From a virus (Duplodnaviria > Caudoviricetes), in IMG/VR virus record IMGVR_UViG_3300025407_000978, positions 1 through 56,716 of that record: DNA of 56,716 nt. One strand, 5' to 3'. The position numbers were made by a program, and so were the translations under genes. The notes under the pieces were generated by a model that saw nothing but the letters and a program-made list of their open reading frames with translations, made no database searches and was not told where the DNA came from. Positions 37,929 through 47,943 of this stretch are shown here, one piece after another. How positions within the stretch are numbered: the first letter of the stretch is position 1; each line of letters starts with the position of its first letter.

Positions 37929-38548
37929 ATAATCGCTACTTTAATATCAGCACTTGCATAATGTTGATAATACTTTTCATCTGGTATTTCAATATTAAGA
38001 TTATCTGCTAATTCAACATTTGTGCGAGGATAAATGCCAGGATACTTATTCCATACGTTAAGTATACCATCATTCTGATCATTAATTAGCTTACTCATTT
38101 GACGTAGGTTATTATAGTAACTAACATAACTAGGATATGTAATATCAAAGTGCCCGCAACGAACCCACCATCCCAAACAACTATCGTTATTACGATATAC
38201 TAATACTATAGGGCATTCGGGCCAATTCTTACGTAAATAGTCTATGTTTTCTTTGTAGCTAAAGATATGACTTTTAATAATACGAACGCCCTTGCCTGAG
38301 AACGGTTTATTAAATATTTTCTCCGCATCTTCTTTTGGATAATAAGTTAGGTATTCTGGTAATTCAAATTCCATGCCAGGATCAAAGTATGCACCTAGAT
38401 GCATTAAATCTAGTTTTCCTGATGCATCGTGATAATATGTTCGTTCATCACTATAATCACTACGATCAATGCTATTACTATAATAGATATTTTTAACTAC
38501 ACTAGACCATTTGCTGCCCGGCGCGCCTGCTACAAAAATATATTTCAT
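37925..38548 (-). CDS. Sulfotransferase/P-loop-like hypothetical protein
   Basis: IFVAGAPGSKWS, IIKSH, IVLVYR. Confidence 0.5.
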   Translation of the reverse strand: MKYIFVAGAPGSKWSSVVKNIYYSNSIDRSDYSDERTYYHDASGKLDLMHLGAYFDPGMEFELPEYLTYYPKEDAEKIFNKPFSGKGVRIIKSHIFSYKENIDYLRKNWPECPIVLVYRNNDSCLGWWVRCGHFDITYPSYVSYYNNLRQMSKLINDQNDGILNVWNKYPGIYPRTNVELADNLNIEIPDEKYYQHYASADIKVAII

Positions 38549-39201
38549 TCTAATCCCCTGTCTTTTTTAGGTTTAAGTCCCTTCCAAACGTGTTCATCCA
38601 ACCAGTATTCTTCTACATACTGTACATATTTAGAGTTAGCATCCTTGTCCATATTAATAAATCTCATTAATGTTTGTTTTTCATAATCTATAGGAAATTT
38701 TAATATTTTACTTAACCATTTTAGATAGTGTTTTTTATGTAAAAAGAATGCTTCGTGATCTATAAAGTTTACAGAAAAATTACTATCTATCAATCTTTTA
38801 TAATATTGTAATGCGGTATTGATTGTTATTTCTTTTCTTACACGCTGTTGTTGTAGTTTGTTAATATTTTGATCTCTGACGATAATACCTATAGATACTT
38901 GAAAGCCTAATTTTTCTGCTTCAATTGCAAATTCTAATATTTTGGGTACTTGTTTAACACCATCATATACAAATGGCACGCTTACATTTGCTACCCAATG
39001 TTTATATGCTGAAAAGTCAAATTCATTTAATTGTTCAGGATATACCCAATACTTAGCAAACGTTTCTTGGTCACTTGGTATCCAATATTCGTGTTGTAAT
39101 TCTTTCCAACCACCTACATCTTTGTGTAGACCAAACAATCTACTAAACAAATGATTGCCTGATCCTTGTGGACCTGTAATAATTAATAATTTCTTTTTCA
39201 T
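38545..39201 (-). CDS. Sulfotransferase/P-loop-like hypothetical protein
   Basis: IITGPQGSGNHLFS; paralog of 39198..39839. Confidence 0.5.
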   Translation of the reverse strand: MKKKLLIITGPQGSGNHLFSRLFGLHKDVGGWKELQHEYWIPSDQETFAKYWVYPEQLNEFDFSAYKHWVANVSVPFVYDGVKQVPKILEFAIEAEKLGFQVSIGIIVRDQNINKLQQQRVRKEITINTALQYYKRLIDSNFSVNFIDHEAFFLHKKHYLKWLSKILKFPIDYEKQTLMRFINMDKDANSKYVQYVEEYWLDEHVWKGLKPKKDRGLE

Positions 39202-39839
39202 GGTTTCTTTGTAAATACCTTACCTGTTTTATTACCTTCATCTAATTCATTATACTCTACGTTATGTATATATTTCTTATTAGGATCGTCAGCTAATATC
39301 TCATCTATTTTTTCGCTTTGCCAATCAACAGGAATATTAGTGTTTAAACTTCTAATATAATGATGTTTGTACAAATATAACAATTCATATGATAGATATA
39401 AAGGAACTAGATTTAATCTATTAAACTGTTCGTAAAATAATGACATAGTAGATTGAGTTCTAATTCTTGTTTGTTGATAGTGTAATATAGTTTGATCTCT
39501 ACCAGTAACAGCAACTTGAACAGCTAACCCACAGTTTCTAGCCGCTTTTATAAATTTCATAAGATCAGGATTCCAAACTGGATTAACTTCTGATCCTATA
39601 ATACCCAAAGGACAACTTATACTTGTAAAATAATAATCACTTTGATTCCAATCAAAGTCTTTTAATGATTCAGGATTTCTCCAATACTTAGCAAATGGTT
39701 CTTTGAATCTATGAGGTTCCCAATAATTTTCTAACAATGATTTCCATCCAAACACTTCTGGATGTAATGAAAATATTTTAGACCATAGATGATTACCTGC
39801 CCCTTGCGGACCAGTCAATATCAACATTCTTTTAGTCAT
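39198..39839 (-). CDS. Sulfotransferase/P-loop-like hypothetical protein
   Basis: ILTGPQGAGNHLWS, RDQ, SYE. Confidence 0.5.
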   Translation of the reverse strand: MTKRMLILTGPQGAGNHLWSKIFSLHPEVFGWKSLLENYWEPHRFKEPFAKYWRNPESLKDFDWNQSDYYFTSISCPLGIIGSEVNPVWNPDLMKFIKAARNCGLAVQVAVTGRDQTILHYQQTRIRTQSTMSLFYEQFNRLNLVPLYLSYELLYLYKHHYIRSLNTNIPVDWQSEKIDEILADDPNKKYIHNVEYNELDEGNKTGKVFTKKP

Positions 39840-40470
39840 TATTTTCCTCTCTTTGTTTTCTGAGTAAATTAAACTTAACTCTTTGATCCTCAGTTAAATT
39901 TTCAAAATCTGTTTTTAATGGTTTAACTCTTATGTCATACCATGATTGATATAATATTTTAGCTGCGTCTAATTGCAACGGCAATCCCATTAAATCATTT
40001 ACTCTTTTATATTCATCTTCCCAAGTATCATTATTAAAAAATAAATCTATTGATATAGGTTCAGGATTAAGAGTTTTTCTAATTTCTTTTTCTAATTTAA
40101 TTTCACCCTGACGTAAATGAGGATATCCATTCCATCTTTGTTTAGTAGAAATTAACCAATAATTAGCAAAGTCACTATATGATAAATTGACTATATAAAA
40201 ACTTGTATCTAGAGGATATTTGAATTCAAATGGATGAATTCTTTCTACACTTGTCTGACGGAAAAATGTATAATGCAAGTTTCTATTATGTTTGTGCCAA
40301 GCAGCCCAATCTGTAAATTTTTTTGTGTTGTTAAAGTTATAATATTTTAGTCTTAAATTAACATCATTTGTGTTAACCATATATGAAGCAACACTTGGAT
40401 CTAACGAAAATAAGTAGGCTAGAAAACTACCAGCATACCCTGGTTGATAGATAATTTGAATTTGTTTCAT
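39832..40470 (-). CDS. Hypothetical protein (sulfotransferase-like N-terminus)
   Basis: IIYQPGYAGSFL. Confidence 0.45.
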   Translation of the reverse strand: MKQIQIIYQPGYAGSFLAYLFSLDPSVASYMVNTNDVNLRLKYYNFNNTKKFTDWAAWHKHNRNLHYTFFRQTSVERIHPFEFKYPLDTSFYIVNLSYSDFANYWLISTKQRWNGYPHLRQGEIKLEKEIRKTLNPEPISIDLFFNNDTWEDEYKRVNDLMGLPLQLDAAKILYQSWYDIRVKPLKTDFENLTEDQRVKFNLLRKQREENND

Positions 40471-41015
40471 AATAGCGTTATTAATTCTTCAGGTAATATA
40501 GGTTTTTCCATACGTTCAGGATGCCACATAAGTCCAAACACACTACGTTTACGATGTCTAAATGCTTCTATGCTACCATCACTTGCTGTAGCTAATGACA
40601 ATAAATCACTTCCTAGTTTAGATATACTCGTATTATGATAACTATTTACTTCATAATCAACACCCTGCATGTTTATTTTATGAGTGGTATCTAAATGGTT
40701 ATCTATAAGTTCGCAAACCCCGTCTTCTAAATCATTTAATAATAAAGCACCGTGACAAATACCTAATATTGGAATATTTTTAATATAGCATTCTGTAATA
40801 AGTCTGGTTTCTACTATTCTACGTACAGGGTTATCATCTCCCCCTGTTACAATTAACAACTGTATGTTGTCTAAATTGAATTTGTGATCTAAGGAATTTG
40901 GAACATAAAAAAGCGTATGATTTTTTAGTAGGCTGTACCAGCCCTGTTCTAAACTATCATACGCTCTATTCTTATGAACAAGTGTGCGTTGTGTCAGCGC
41001 AATGTTCATTACCAA
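40467..41015 (-). CDS. Class I glutamine amidotransferase (PuuD / peptidase C26-like)
   Basis: TGG, ILGICHG, VNSYH, MWHPE catalytic triad. Confidence 0.85.
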   Translation of the reverse strand: MVMNIALTQRTLVHKNRAYDSLEQGWYSLLKNHTLFYVPNSLDHKFNLDNIQLLIVTGGDDNPVRRIVETRLITECYIKNIPILGICHGALLLNDLEDGVCELIDNHLDTTHKINMQGVDYEVNSYHNTSISKLGSDLLSLATASDGSIEAFRHRKRSVFGLMWHPERMEKPILPEELITLL

Positions 41016-41707
41016 CCATAAGCAGCGGTTACTAATTCCTTAGCAGCTGGAACTTCCATTGTGTTCTTGCAGCTAATGTCAAATAAGTCTTTACGCATAT
41101 CAGCAACTAATTTAGCAATACGTGATTGTGTTGCTTCATCATTTGCCAATTCTGCTAACTTACGTGCACCGATTTTGCTGTGGAAGCCTTCGTCACGTGC
41201 GATCATCGCATAGCGTGTGCTGATGAAACTATCAGCAATACATTCTGCCATTTGATTCCAAACAGCTTCTGCACGACCTTCAGCAACTAATTGATAAGCG
41301 GCTAATGCTGCTGCATCTGTTTCTGCTTCGTACTTAGCAAGAAGACCTGCACCTTTTGCTGTTGGCTTTGCAGCTTCAGCATTGATCGCGGCTTCAACGT
41401 CTAATTCTGATCCAGTGATGTGTTCAATTACTTCTTTAACTAAGCGGAAGTGAACTGCTTCATCATAAGCTTGTTTGCTTAATAATTGCAATTCTTCTGG
41501 ATTTGTGTTGGCTGGAAGAGCAGCTACTTGAGCAGCAATTTCAACCATGTTCATACGTTCATTGACCATACGACCAACAAAGTGTTCAACTAATGCTTCT
41601 TGCGAAGGATTGCTATCAAAGTATGCTTTAACGTTGATCTTTGAGGCTTCAAAGAGTGCTTCGTTATCAGCTACGATTTTAGCAACAAATTCTTTACCTG
41701 TTAACAT
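41009..41707 (-). CDS. Ferritin-like di-iron protein
   Basis: NE...DEAVH...AE...DEGFH, a paired E/ExxH motif; AGGAGA RBS. Confidence 0.75.
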   Translation of the reverse strand: MLTGKEFVAKIVADNEALFEASKINVKAYFDSNPSQEALVEHFVGRMVNERMNMVEIAAQVAALPANTNPEELQLLSKQAYDEAVHFRLVKEVIEHITGSELDVEAAINAEAAKPTAKGAGLLAKYEAETDAAALAAYQLVAEGRAEAVWNQMAECIADSFISTRYAMIARDEGFHSKIGARKLAELANDEATQSRIAKLVADMRKDLFDISCKNTMEVPAAKELVTAAYGW

Positions 41708-41804
41708 GTAAAATCTCCTGTGTTTTATTTATAACTAGTTATTGTCAGTGATAAGTAATTTTATACTTATCACAATATTATTTATCAAAACGGGCAAATT
41801 TAAA

Positions 41805-42539
41805 ATGAACACTAAAATTTTTCAATTATTAACCAAAAATTTACAAAATAGCTTTAATTTACCTAAATATGCTACTATTTTAATTAATAAAGATACTGTG
41901 GTAAATCAGTTACCCTGGACCCCTGCTAGATTTAAAAAGTTTAAAAACATTATTAATAATACTTTAGATTTAAATTGTGAATTTGTTGGCACAGTAGAAC
42001 AGATTGTCAATGAATTGGATATCAAGTACACAGGTAGATTTTTTAGCGAGATATGGAAACCACAAACTGAAACATATCTATATACAGGTTGGAACTTAGT
42101 AGAAGAAATAAACAGATTAAACCCTTCAAAAGTTTTAGATGTAGGCTGCGGTTATAATCAGTTTAAAGATCGCATTAATAACCTAATAGGTATAGATCCT
42201 TATAATAACTGTGCTGATTATCAAGTAGATATATTAGAATTTTCATCTGTGCCTGAATCTTTTGATGTTATTATTGCTTTAGGATCTATTAATTTTAATA
42301 GTAAAGAAGATATTGATCAGCGTATAAATGCGTGTGTTAAATTATTAAAAACCAAAGGTAAAATGTATTTTAGAGTTAATCCTGGAATTCAACATAATAA
42401 AGGACCTTGGGTAGATGTATTTAAATGGTCATTTGAAACAGCGCATGAGTTTGCTATGAAGTATAACCTATCATTAGATACCTTTAAAAAAGATAGTAAT
42501 GATAGATTATACTTTGTATATACCAAAGTATCAGCTTAA
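41805..42539 (+). CDS. Class I SAM-dependent methyltransferase
   Basis: VLDVGCG, GIDP, FDVIIALGSINF; GATAAGTA at 41750. Confidence 0.8.
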   Translation: MNTKIFQLLTKNLQNSFNLPKYATILINKDTVVNQLPWTPARFKKFKNIINNTLDLNCEFVGTVEQIVNELDIKYTGRFFSEIWKPQTETYLYTGWNLVEEINRLNPSKVLDVGCGYNQFKDRINNLIGIDPYNNCADYQVDILEFSSVPESFDVIIALGSINFNSKEDIDQRINACVKLLKTKGKMYFRVNPGIQHNKGPWVDVFKWSFETAHEFAMKYNLSLDTFKKDSNDRLYFVYTKVSA

Positions 42540-43300
42540 TCAATACTTTGATTTGTATCTCTAATATTTTTTAATTTAGTAATGTAACCATCCATCATAT
42601 GATCCTCTAGGCTATCAGCAAACTTGCCTTTTAACCATGAATGATAGTGATTACGCCATTTATCTTTGAAACGTTGCCATTTGGTTACAGGTCGAATGTT
42701 GCCATAATAGTTAATATAGCACAGTTGACCATGATGATGATAACCTAATTCTGGGGGTGGAACATGTGTAATAATGTCGTTACAGTTCACAAAACGTAGA
42801 TGAGGTGTTTTAATTGCACTTACATATGCTTTGTTTCCTAAACGTGGTTGACCAAATGATACTAATTGTTTAACTGTATAATTATGATCTTCTAATATAC
42901 GTGTGCAGTATAAACTCATAGCTGCACCTAAACTGTGACCTGTAATATAAATGTCTTTTCTACTAGCATTGTTTTTATCTAAAAATTCTAAAACGGTCGG
43001 CATTAAATGTGTTGCGTATTTTTTGAAACCATCGTGTACAAAACCATTGTCATCGTGTACAGGTAATGCATTTGCATCGGCTGCTAAATCGCTAATATGT
43101 GTAGGAACTGTGCCTCTAAATGTTATAACAATTTCAGCATCACTGCTACCTAGATGTCCGTGAGCACCTTCGTTGCTCATAAATTGATATGTTTCAAATC
43201 CATATGATTCAAACTCTTGACTGCAATCGTCATTATATGCATCACTGGCAAATCTTGCCATTGTCAATGCTAAATCTTGTATAGACAAATCTTTTAACAT
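42536..43300 (-). CDS. Class 3 lipase
   Basis: FRGT, VHDGF, TGHSLGAA, FGQPRLG, DII..VP, C-terminal DH. Confidence 0.9.
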   Translation of the reverse strand: MLKDLSIQDLALTMARFASDAYNDDCSQEFESYGFETYQFMSNEGAHGHLGSSDAEIVITFRGTVPTHISDLAADANALPVHDDNGFVHDGFKKYATHLMPTVLEFLDKNNASRKDIYITGHSLGAAMSLYCTRILEDHNYTVKQLVSFGQPRLGNKAYVSAIKTPHLRFVNCNDIITHVPPPELGYHHHGQLCYINYYGNIRPVTKWQRFKDKWRNHYHSWLKGKFADSLEDHMMDGYITKLKNIRDTNQSID

Positions 43301-43311
43301 ATTGTTTCCTT

Positions 43312-45363
43312 TTATTTTGATGTTGCTCTGAATACACCGTCCCAATTATCTGGGACATTACCTTCCATACGCTCAAGCATTAATTCATAATACTTGTGCA
43401 TTTCGCCTTTCCAGCCCTTAGCTAGTAAGCCATCATTTTTTATACCATTGATATAAAACTTGGCACTCTTCCAATCACCTTTGCGATATGCTTTTAAGAA
43501 TTTTTCATGTTGTGACATTGCTGTAGCATCGTCAAATGGGGCAACTGTGTAAATTTTTACAGGTTCGGTTTTACCTTTTACAGCAATTAAATCTAATTCA
43601 ATAACTGTAAATTCATCAGATACTAATTCTGCTGTTCTTGGTCCGAGGATGATTTTGACTCCATAGGGCTTTGACTGTCCTTCCAATCTACTAGCGAGAT
43701 TGACACCGTCCCCGAGACATGTGTAGTCGAAACGTTGCGTGCTACCCATGTTACCAACAACCACTGTATCGGTATTAATGCCAAGACCCATACCAAAAGC
43801 AGGCACTCCTTCTTTACTAATTTCTTCATTAAATTTCTCCAAGTCTTTTAACATTGCTAGACCTGTGCGCAATGCGTTTTTAGCGTGGTCTGCATCATCA
43901 AGTGGAGCGTTCCAAAATGCCATCTGCGCATCGCCGATGTACTTGTCAAGAGTTCCGTTGTTCTCTAAAATCTTGGCAGTCATTGCTGTCATATAACGAT
44001 TCATGATCTTTGTTAGACCTTGAACGTCTTTACCATAATGTTCGCTGATAGTTGTGAAGCCGCGAACATCAGTAAACATAATTGACAGTTCTCTTGATTC
44101 GCCGCCAAGTGCTAACAACTCTGGATTCTTTTGTAACTTCTCAACCATTGCTGGCGACAAGTAAGTGCCGAACTGTTTCTTTATTTGTTGCTTCTGCAAA
44201 AATTCTGAGACAAACTTGACACCATAGGCATGGAGTGACACAAGGATGATAGCTCCGATGGGGAAAGTGATATCAAATAGTAAAAGATGATTAGTAAAAG
44301 CCCAGTGGCTAGCATACGCAATACCACAAACGATAGCAACAACCGATCCCAAACCGACATATACATACCTCGTTAATAGTAATAATACTATACCTAACAC
44401 CAATATAGCAAGTAATTCGGCGCCGTCAGCATAATCTGGGCGACTAATCACAACACCATTCATCATAGTGTTTAATAAATGTGCTTGTAGATAATGTGGA
44501 TACACTGCGCCAATACTTGTTGGTACTGGGTTACTAATGCCCGCAGCAGTTGGGCCCACAATTACTACACCGCCATTAAAATCTTTTGGCAAATGTGACA
44601 AACTACTAATATTAAAACTTTGACTGTAATCTACCCAAACACGACCCAAATTATCTGTTGTAATAGGACCATATTGAGGTATGCGCATTTTTTCAACGCC
44701 AAGTTCATTGAGTTTAATTTGTGTTGTAGTGTCACCACTTGCTACACGCAATATTTCCATAACAAGACTTGGATATAAGTTACCATCTACACTTGTAATA
44801 AGTGGCATTCTGCGTGTAACACCGTCAACTTCTGACAATGTATTAACTGTACCAATGCCCACAGCATTTTGTTCAAGTACAGGTATGTTAGCAATAATGC
44901 CTGGGTACTTTACAATGCGATCTTGAAAGTCACTGTTGATTACAGCAGTACCAGGTTTTCTTGGAATATTTTTAGTTTTATCACTTGGCACGTTTACTAG
45001 TACAACAGGATGTTGATACATAGCACTTGCTAAAGCACTGTCGCCATTTAATCTATCAGGTTCACTAAACATAATGTCTAATACTACTAGACCTGCGTTT
45101 CTAGCATATAACTCGTTTACGATTTTGGCATATTCAGTTCGTGGCAATGGCCATTGTCCATACTTGTTAAGTGCTTCTTCGTCAATGTTTACGATAGTAA
45201 TAGGACTATCAATTAACGCACTGGGTTCTTTGTTGGCAATAAGCGTATCAAAGTAACGCAAACGTATGCTTTCTACAAAATGTGTATCGATTACTCGTAC
45301 AGTTAGTACAAGTGCTAATGTGAGTAAGGCAGTCCAAGGACTGAGTAGTATTTTCTTTAACAT
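43312..45363 (-). CDS. CHASE2-domain membrane class III adenylate cyclase
   Basis: CHASE2 motifs GQWPLPR, DGVTRR; three TM helices; FTDVRGFT, DKYIGDA, GDGVNLASRLE, VKGK. Confidence 0.93.
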   Translation of the reverse strand: MLKKILLSPWTALLTLALVLTVRVIDTHFVESIRLRYFDTLIANKEPSALIDSPITIVNIDEEALNKYGQWPLPRTEYAKIVNELYARNAGLVVLDIMFSEPDRLNGDSALASAMYQHPVVLVNVPSDKTKNIPRKPGTAVINSDFQDRIVKYPGIIANIPVLEQNAVGIGTVNTLSEVDGVTRRMPLITSVDGNLYPSLVMEILRVASGDTTTQIKLNELGVEKMRIPQYGPITTDNLGRVWVDYSQSFNISSLSHLPKDFNGGVVIVGPTAAGISNPVPTSIGAVYPHYLQAHLLNTMMNGVVISRPDYADGAELLAILVLGIVLLLLTRYVYVGLGSVVAIVCGIAYASHWAFTNHLLLFDITFPIGAIILVSLHAYGVKFVSEFLQKQQIKKQFGTYLSPAMVEKLQKNPELLALGGESRELSIMFTDVRGFTTISEHYGKDVQGLTKIMNRYMTAMTAKILENNGTLDKYIGDAQMAFWNAPLDDADHAKNALRTGLAMLKDLEKFNEEISKEGVPAFGMGLGINTDTVVVGNMGSTQRFDYTCLGDGVNLASRLEGQSKPYGVKIILGPRTAELVSDEFTVIELDLIAVKGKTEPVKIYTVAPFDDATAMSQHEKFLKAYRKGDWKSAKFYINGIKNDGLLAKGWKGEMHKYYELMLERMEGNVPDNWDGVFRATSK

Positions 45364-45373
45364 GATCGCAGCC

Positions 45374-45946
45374 TTAATGTCTAATATAACTATAACTACC
45401 GCAAATAAGGCAACTTATAGTCATGCTGCCACTGTTACTTACTGTAGGATTGTCCTGTATTACAGTAACTGTTGCACCGCTGCTTCCATTGAGTGTTAGA
45501 CTAAAACTTTTATCTGCTCCTGAATTTCCACTCTGTGTAACATTAACTGTATTAGCACTATTTAGCGTTCCTGCTGTAGTTGACAGTATGAAGGTGTTGT
45601 TACTTGCTCCTGATTGAGTGACACTAATGCCATTGGCATCACCGACAACGCCATTGATTTTTGCTACATTATTGCCTGAGCCACCTTGTATAACATTAAA
45701 TGTATTGTTAATACCACTTTGTAAATCTATGCCAGCAATCAATGATCCAGTACCATTTTGTGTGACAGTAAACGAATTGCCGTCAACCGGGCTCATAAAG
45801 CCAGCAGTGATTTTGATATAGTCACCGCTATATTCTTGACTGACATTATATGTGTTATTGTCACCAACCTGATTGATATAGATGTTTGGGTTATTCTGAG
45901 CAAAACAAGTTAATGGAAACAATAATAGTAATAGTAAGTATTTCAT
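45374..45946 (-). CDS. Secreted curlin-repeat protein (minor curlin-like)
   Basis: Signal peptide; repeated xQxGxxN (INQVGDNN, VIQGGSGNN, VTQSGASNN). Confidence 0.7.
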   Translation of the reverse strand: MKYLLLLLLFPLTCFAQNNPNIYINQVGDNNTYNVSQEYSGDYIKITAGFMSPVDGNSFTVTQNGTGSLIAGIDLQSGINNTFNVIQGGSGNNVAKINGVVGDANGISVTQSGASNNTFILSTTAGTLNSANTVNVTQSGNSGADKSFSLTLNGSSGATVTVIQDNPTVSNSGSMTISCLICGSYSYIRH

Positions 45947-47076
45947 TAGTTTTGCCTCAATATAATTGTACTACTTTTGCCGTCATTGACACGGTTCTTA
46001 ATAGTCACGCCATTTTCAATCATTGTTATTGTAACACGATCTTGCGTTGTGGTAGTAACACTTTGGACATCGCTGCCGTCATCACGACTTAATGTTACAT
46101 TTATTGGGGTGACTAATTTAGTCACATTACTACTTGGGAACCAATCTGGCAATAATTGATTTTCTGGATTTAACATATTAGATAATAATGCTGCTGCGTC
46201 CATACGTAACTGCTCACTTAATATATGAAAGATATCATCTAAAAAGTTTTGCTGTAACAATGAAATAGCCAATGGATCATCACCCAATGGATTATAATTT
46301 GCTAGTTCATTTTTTAAGAAATCTTGTTTAAGATAATCAATATCTAACATGTCACCATTTTGTCTAATTACATTGGTGTCTTTGCTAACTTCCTGTTGTT
46401 TGAATTCTTTGGGTGGGCTAACGATCAATAAGTTATTAATCTGATTAGGATTCAAATTAAGTACAACAGGTTTACTGGGAGCAAGTTGTCTACTAACAAC
46501 TTTTGTACCCATAAAGGGTTTATCTAATGTAACGCTACCTGCGTCATTATAAACATCAATAACACCTGTCTTACAATCGGTTTCTACATTAATATAGTTT
46601 GCAGGACAACTTGGCAATAGTATAATACTACTCTCGCCAAACTCATCTACAACTGCGCTGAAATCTGTACCACGAACTGCCACAGTGGCTGCGGGTGTGT
46701 TAATGTTCACACTGTTAGGATTGTTATGTGCTATAGCGCCACTAGCATAGCGTACTGTGCCAGCAGCAAACTTTAATCCTAGTTTGTTGGGAGTTTTACC
46801 TTTGGGATCATAAACAAAATCATCAATAACAAGTTTGCTATTTTCATTGACTTGTACTTTAGTATCATCAACAAATGTAATATCGGCAATACCTAATGTT
46901 GTTTTAATAGTATCATTCATTTCAACACCAGTGCCCTTAACACCCGGCAATGTGTTTTTATCTCTTACAATTTGTGGAACTGTTTTAATTTGATTTGTAA
47001 TACTACCCACACTACCATAGATGTGGGGTGAGAATATCAATAATAATAACCCCAACCCCACATATCTTTTAGTCAT
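45946..47076 (-). CDS. Secreted FecR-domain protein
   Basis: Signal peptide; ITF.DDT.V...ENS.L.ID, TPAATVAVRGTDF. Confidence 0.85.
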   Translation of the reverse strand: MTKRYVGLGLLLLIFSPHIYGSVGSITNQIKTVPQIVRDKNTLPGVKGTGVEMNDTIKTTLGIADITFVDDTKVQVNENSKLVIDDFVYDPKGKTPNKLGLKFAAGTVRYASGAIAHNNPNSVNINTPAATVAVRGTDFSAVVDEFGESSIILLPSCPANYINVETDCKTGVIDVYNDAGSVTLDKPFMGTKVVSRQLAPSKPVVLNLNPNQINNLLIVSPPKEFKQQEVSKDTNVIRQNGDMLDIDYLKQDFLKNELANYNPLGDDPLAISLLQQNFLDDIFHILSEQLRMDAAALLSNMLNPENQLLPDWFPSSNVTKLVTPINVTLSRDDGSDVQSVTTTTQDRVTITMIENGVTIKNRVNDGKSSTIILRQN

Positions 47077-47084
47077 TATAACCT

Positions 47085-47942
47085 CTAGTGTGTATTTGAA
47101 CTAATGGTAAATGTATTACCGTTGCCTGTACTGTGTAAGTTTATAGTACTATTAAAACTAGTACCTAACTGTGTAATGTTTGCGATGTTACTACTACCAG
47201 TTAAACTAATTACAAAGGTATGCCCACCTGAGCCTGTGCCACCTTCTTGATCTAATGTTACCTCGTTGCTTGCGCCTACAATTGTAATACTTGCTGATCC
47301 ATTGTTGTCAGTAGTTGCGCTGGTTGTGCCACTAAGATTTACCGCAGTAAGACCTATAGCACTTCCGCCTATACCTTGATTGACAACCACACTATTATTA
47401 CCACCACCTGAGATGTCAATATTTTGTGTTATATTGCTACCATTGATAGTAGATATCACACTGTTATATGAACCACCTGCAGTTGTAATTGTACTGCTGT
47501 TCTGACTACCAAGCATAAAGAATTTCAACCCTGAATAATTACCTGTTAATGTAGCAGATAAGTTATTGCTTTCGCTTTGACCAGTACCGTCGCCGTTACT
47601 GTCAATAATCGCATTGCCATTATTACCTGTTAAACTATAGGTGTAATTATTACCATTGCTAACTCCATTTGCTGTAGTTGTAGCAATACCCATGCTTAAT
47701 GTATTACCTGTACCAACTTGGTTTATTGTAACATTATTGTTGTCGCCATTAATAATCGCAGGATTGGTACTACCATTACCTGCTCCTGGCAACCCTTGTA
47801 AAATATTACCCGCACCATCTTGCGTTACACTTACAGTAGCATTACTACCAGTTTGACTGATATAGATACTATTGTCACCTGCAACTGCTGTAACAGTTAT
47901 TAATAATCCTAAAACTAAGGCAATTAATTTACTGAACTTCAT
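47085..47942 (-). CDS. Secreted curlin-repeat protein (major curlin-like)
   Basis: Signal peptide; G/N/S/T-rich with ISQTGSN, VTQDGAGN, INQVGTGN, ITQLG. Confidence 0.75.
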   Translation of the reverse strand: MKFSKLIALVLGLLITVTAVAGDNSIYISQTGSNATVSVTQDGAGNILQGLPGAGNGSTNPAIINGDNNNVTINQVGTGNTLSMGIATTTANGVSNGNNYTYSLTGNNGNAIIDSNGDGTGQSESNNLSATLTGNYSGLKFFMLGSQNSSTITTAGGSYNSVISTINGSNITQNIDISGGGNNSVVVNQGIGGSAIGLTAVNLSGTTSATTDNNGSASITIVGASNEVTLDQEGGTGSGGHTFVISLTGSSNIANITQLGTSFNSTINLHSTGNGNTFTISSNTH

Positions 47943-47943
47943 T

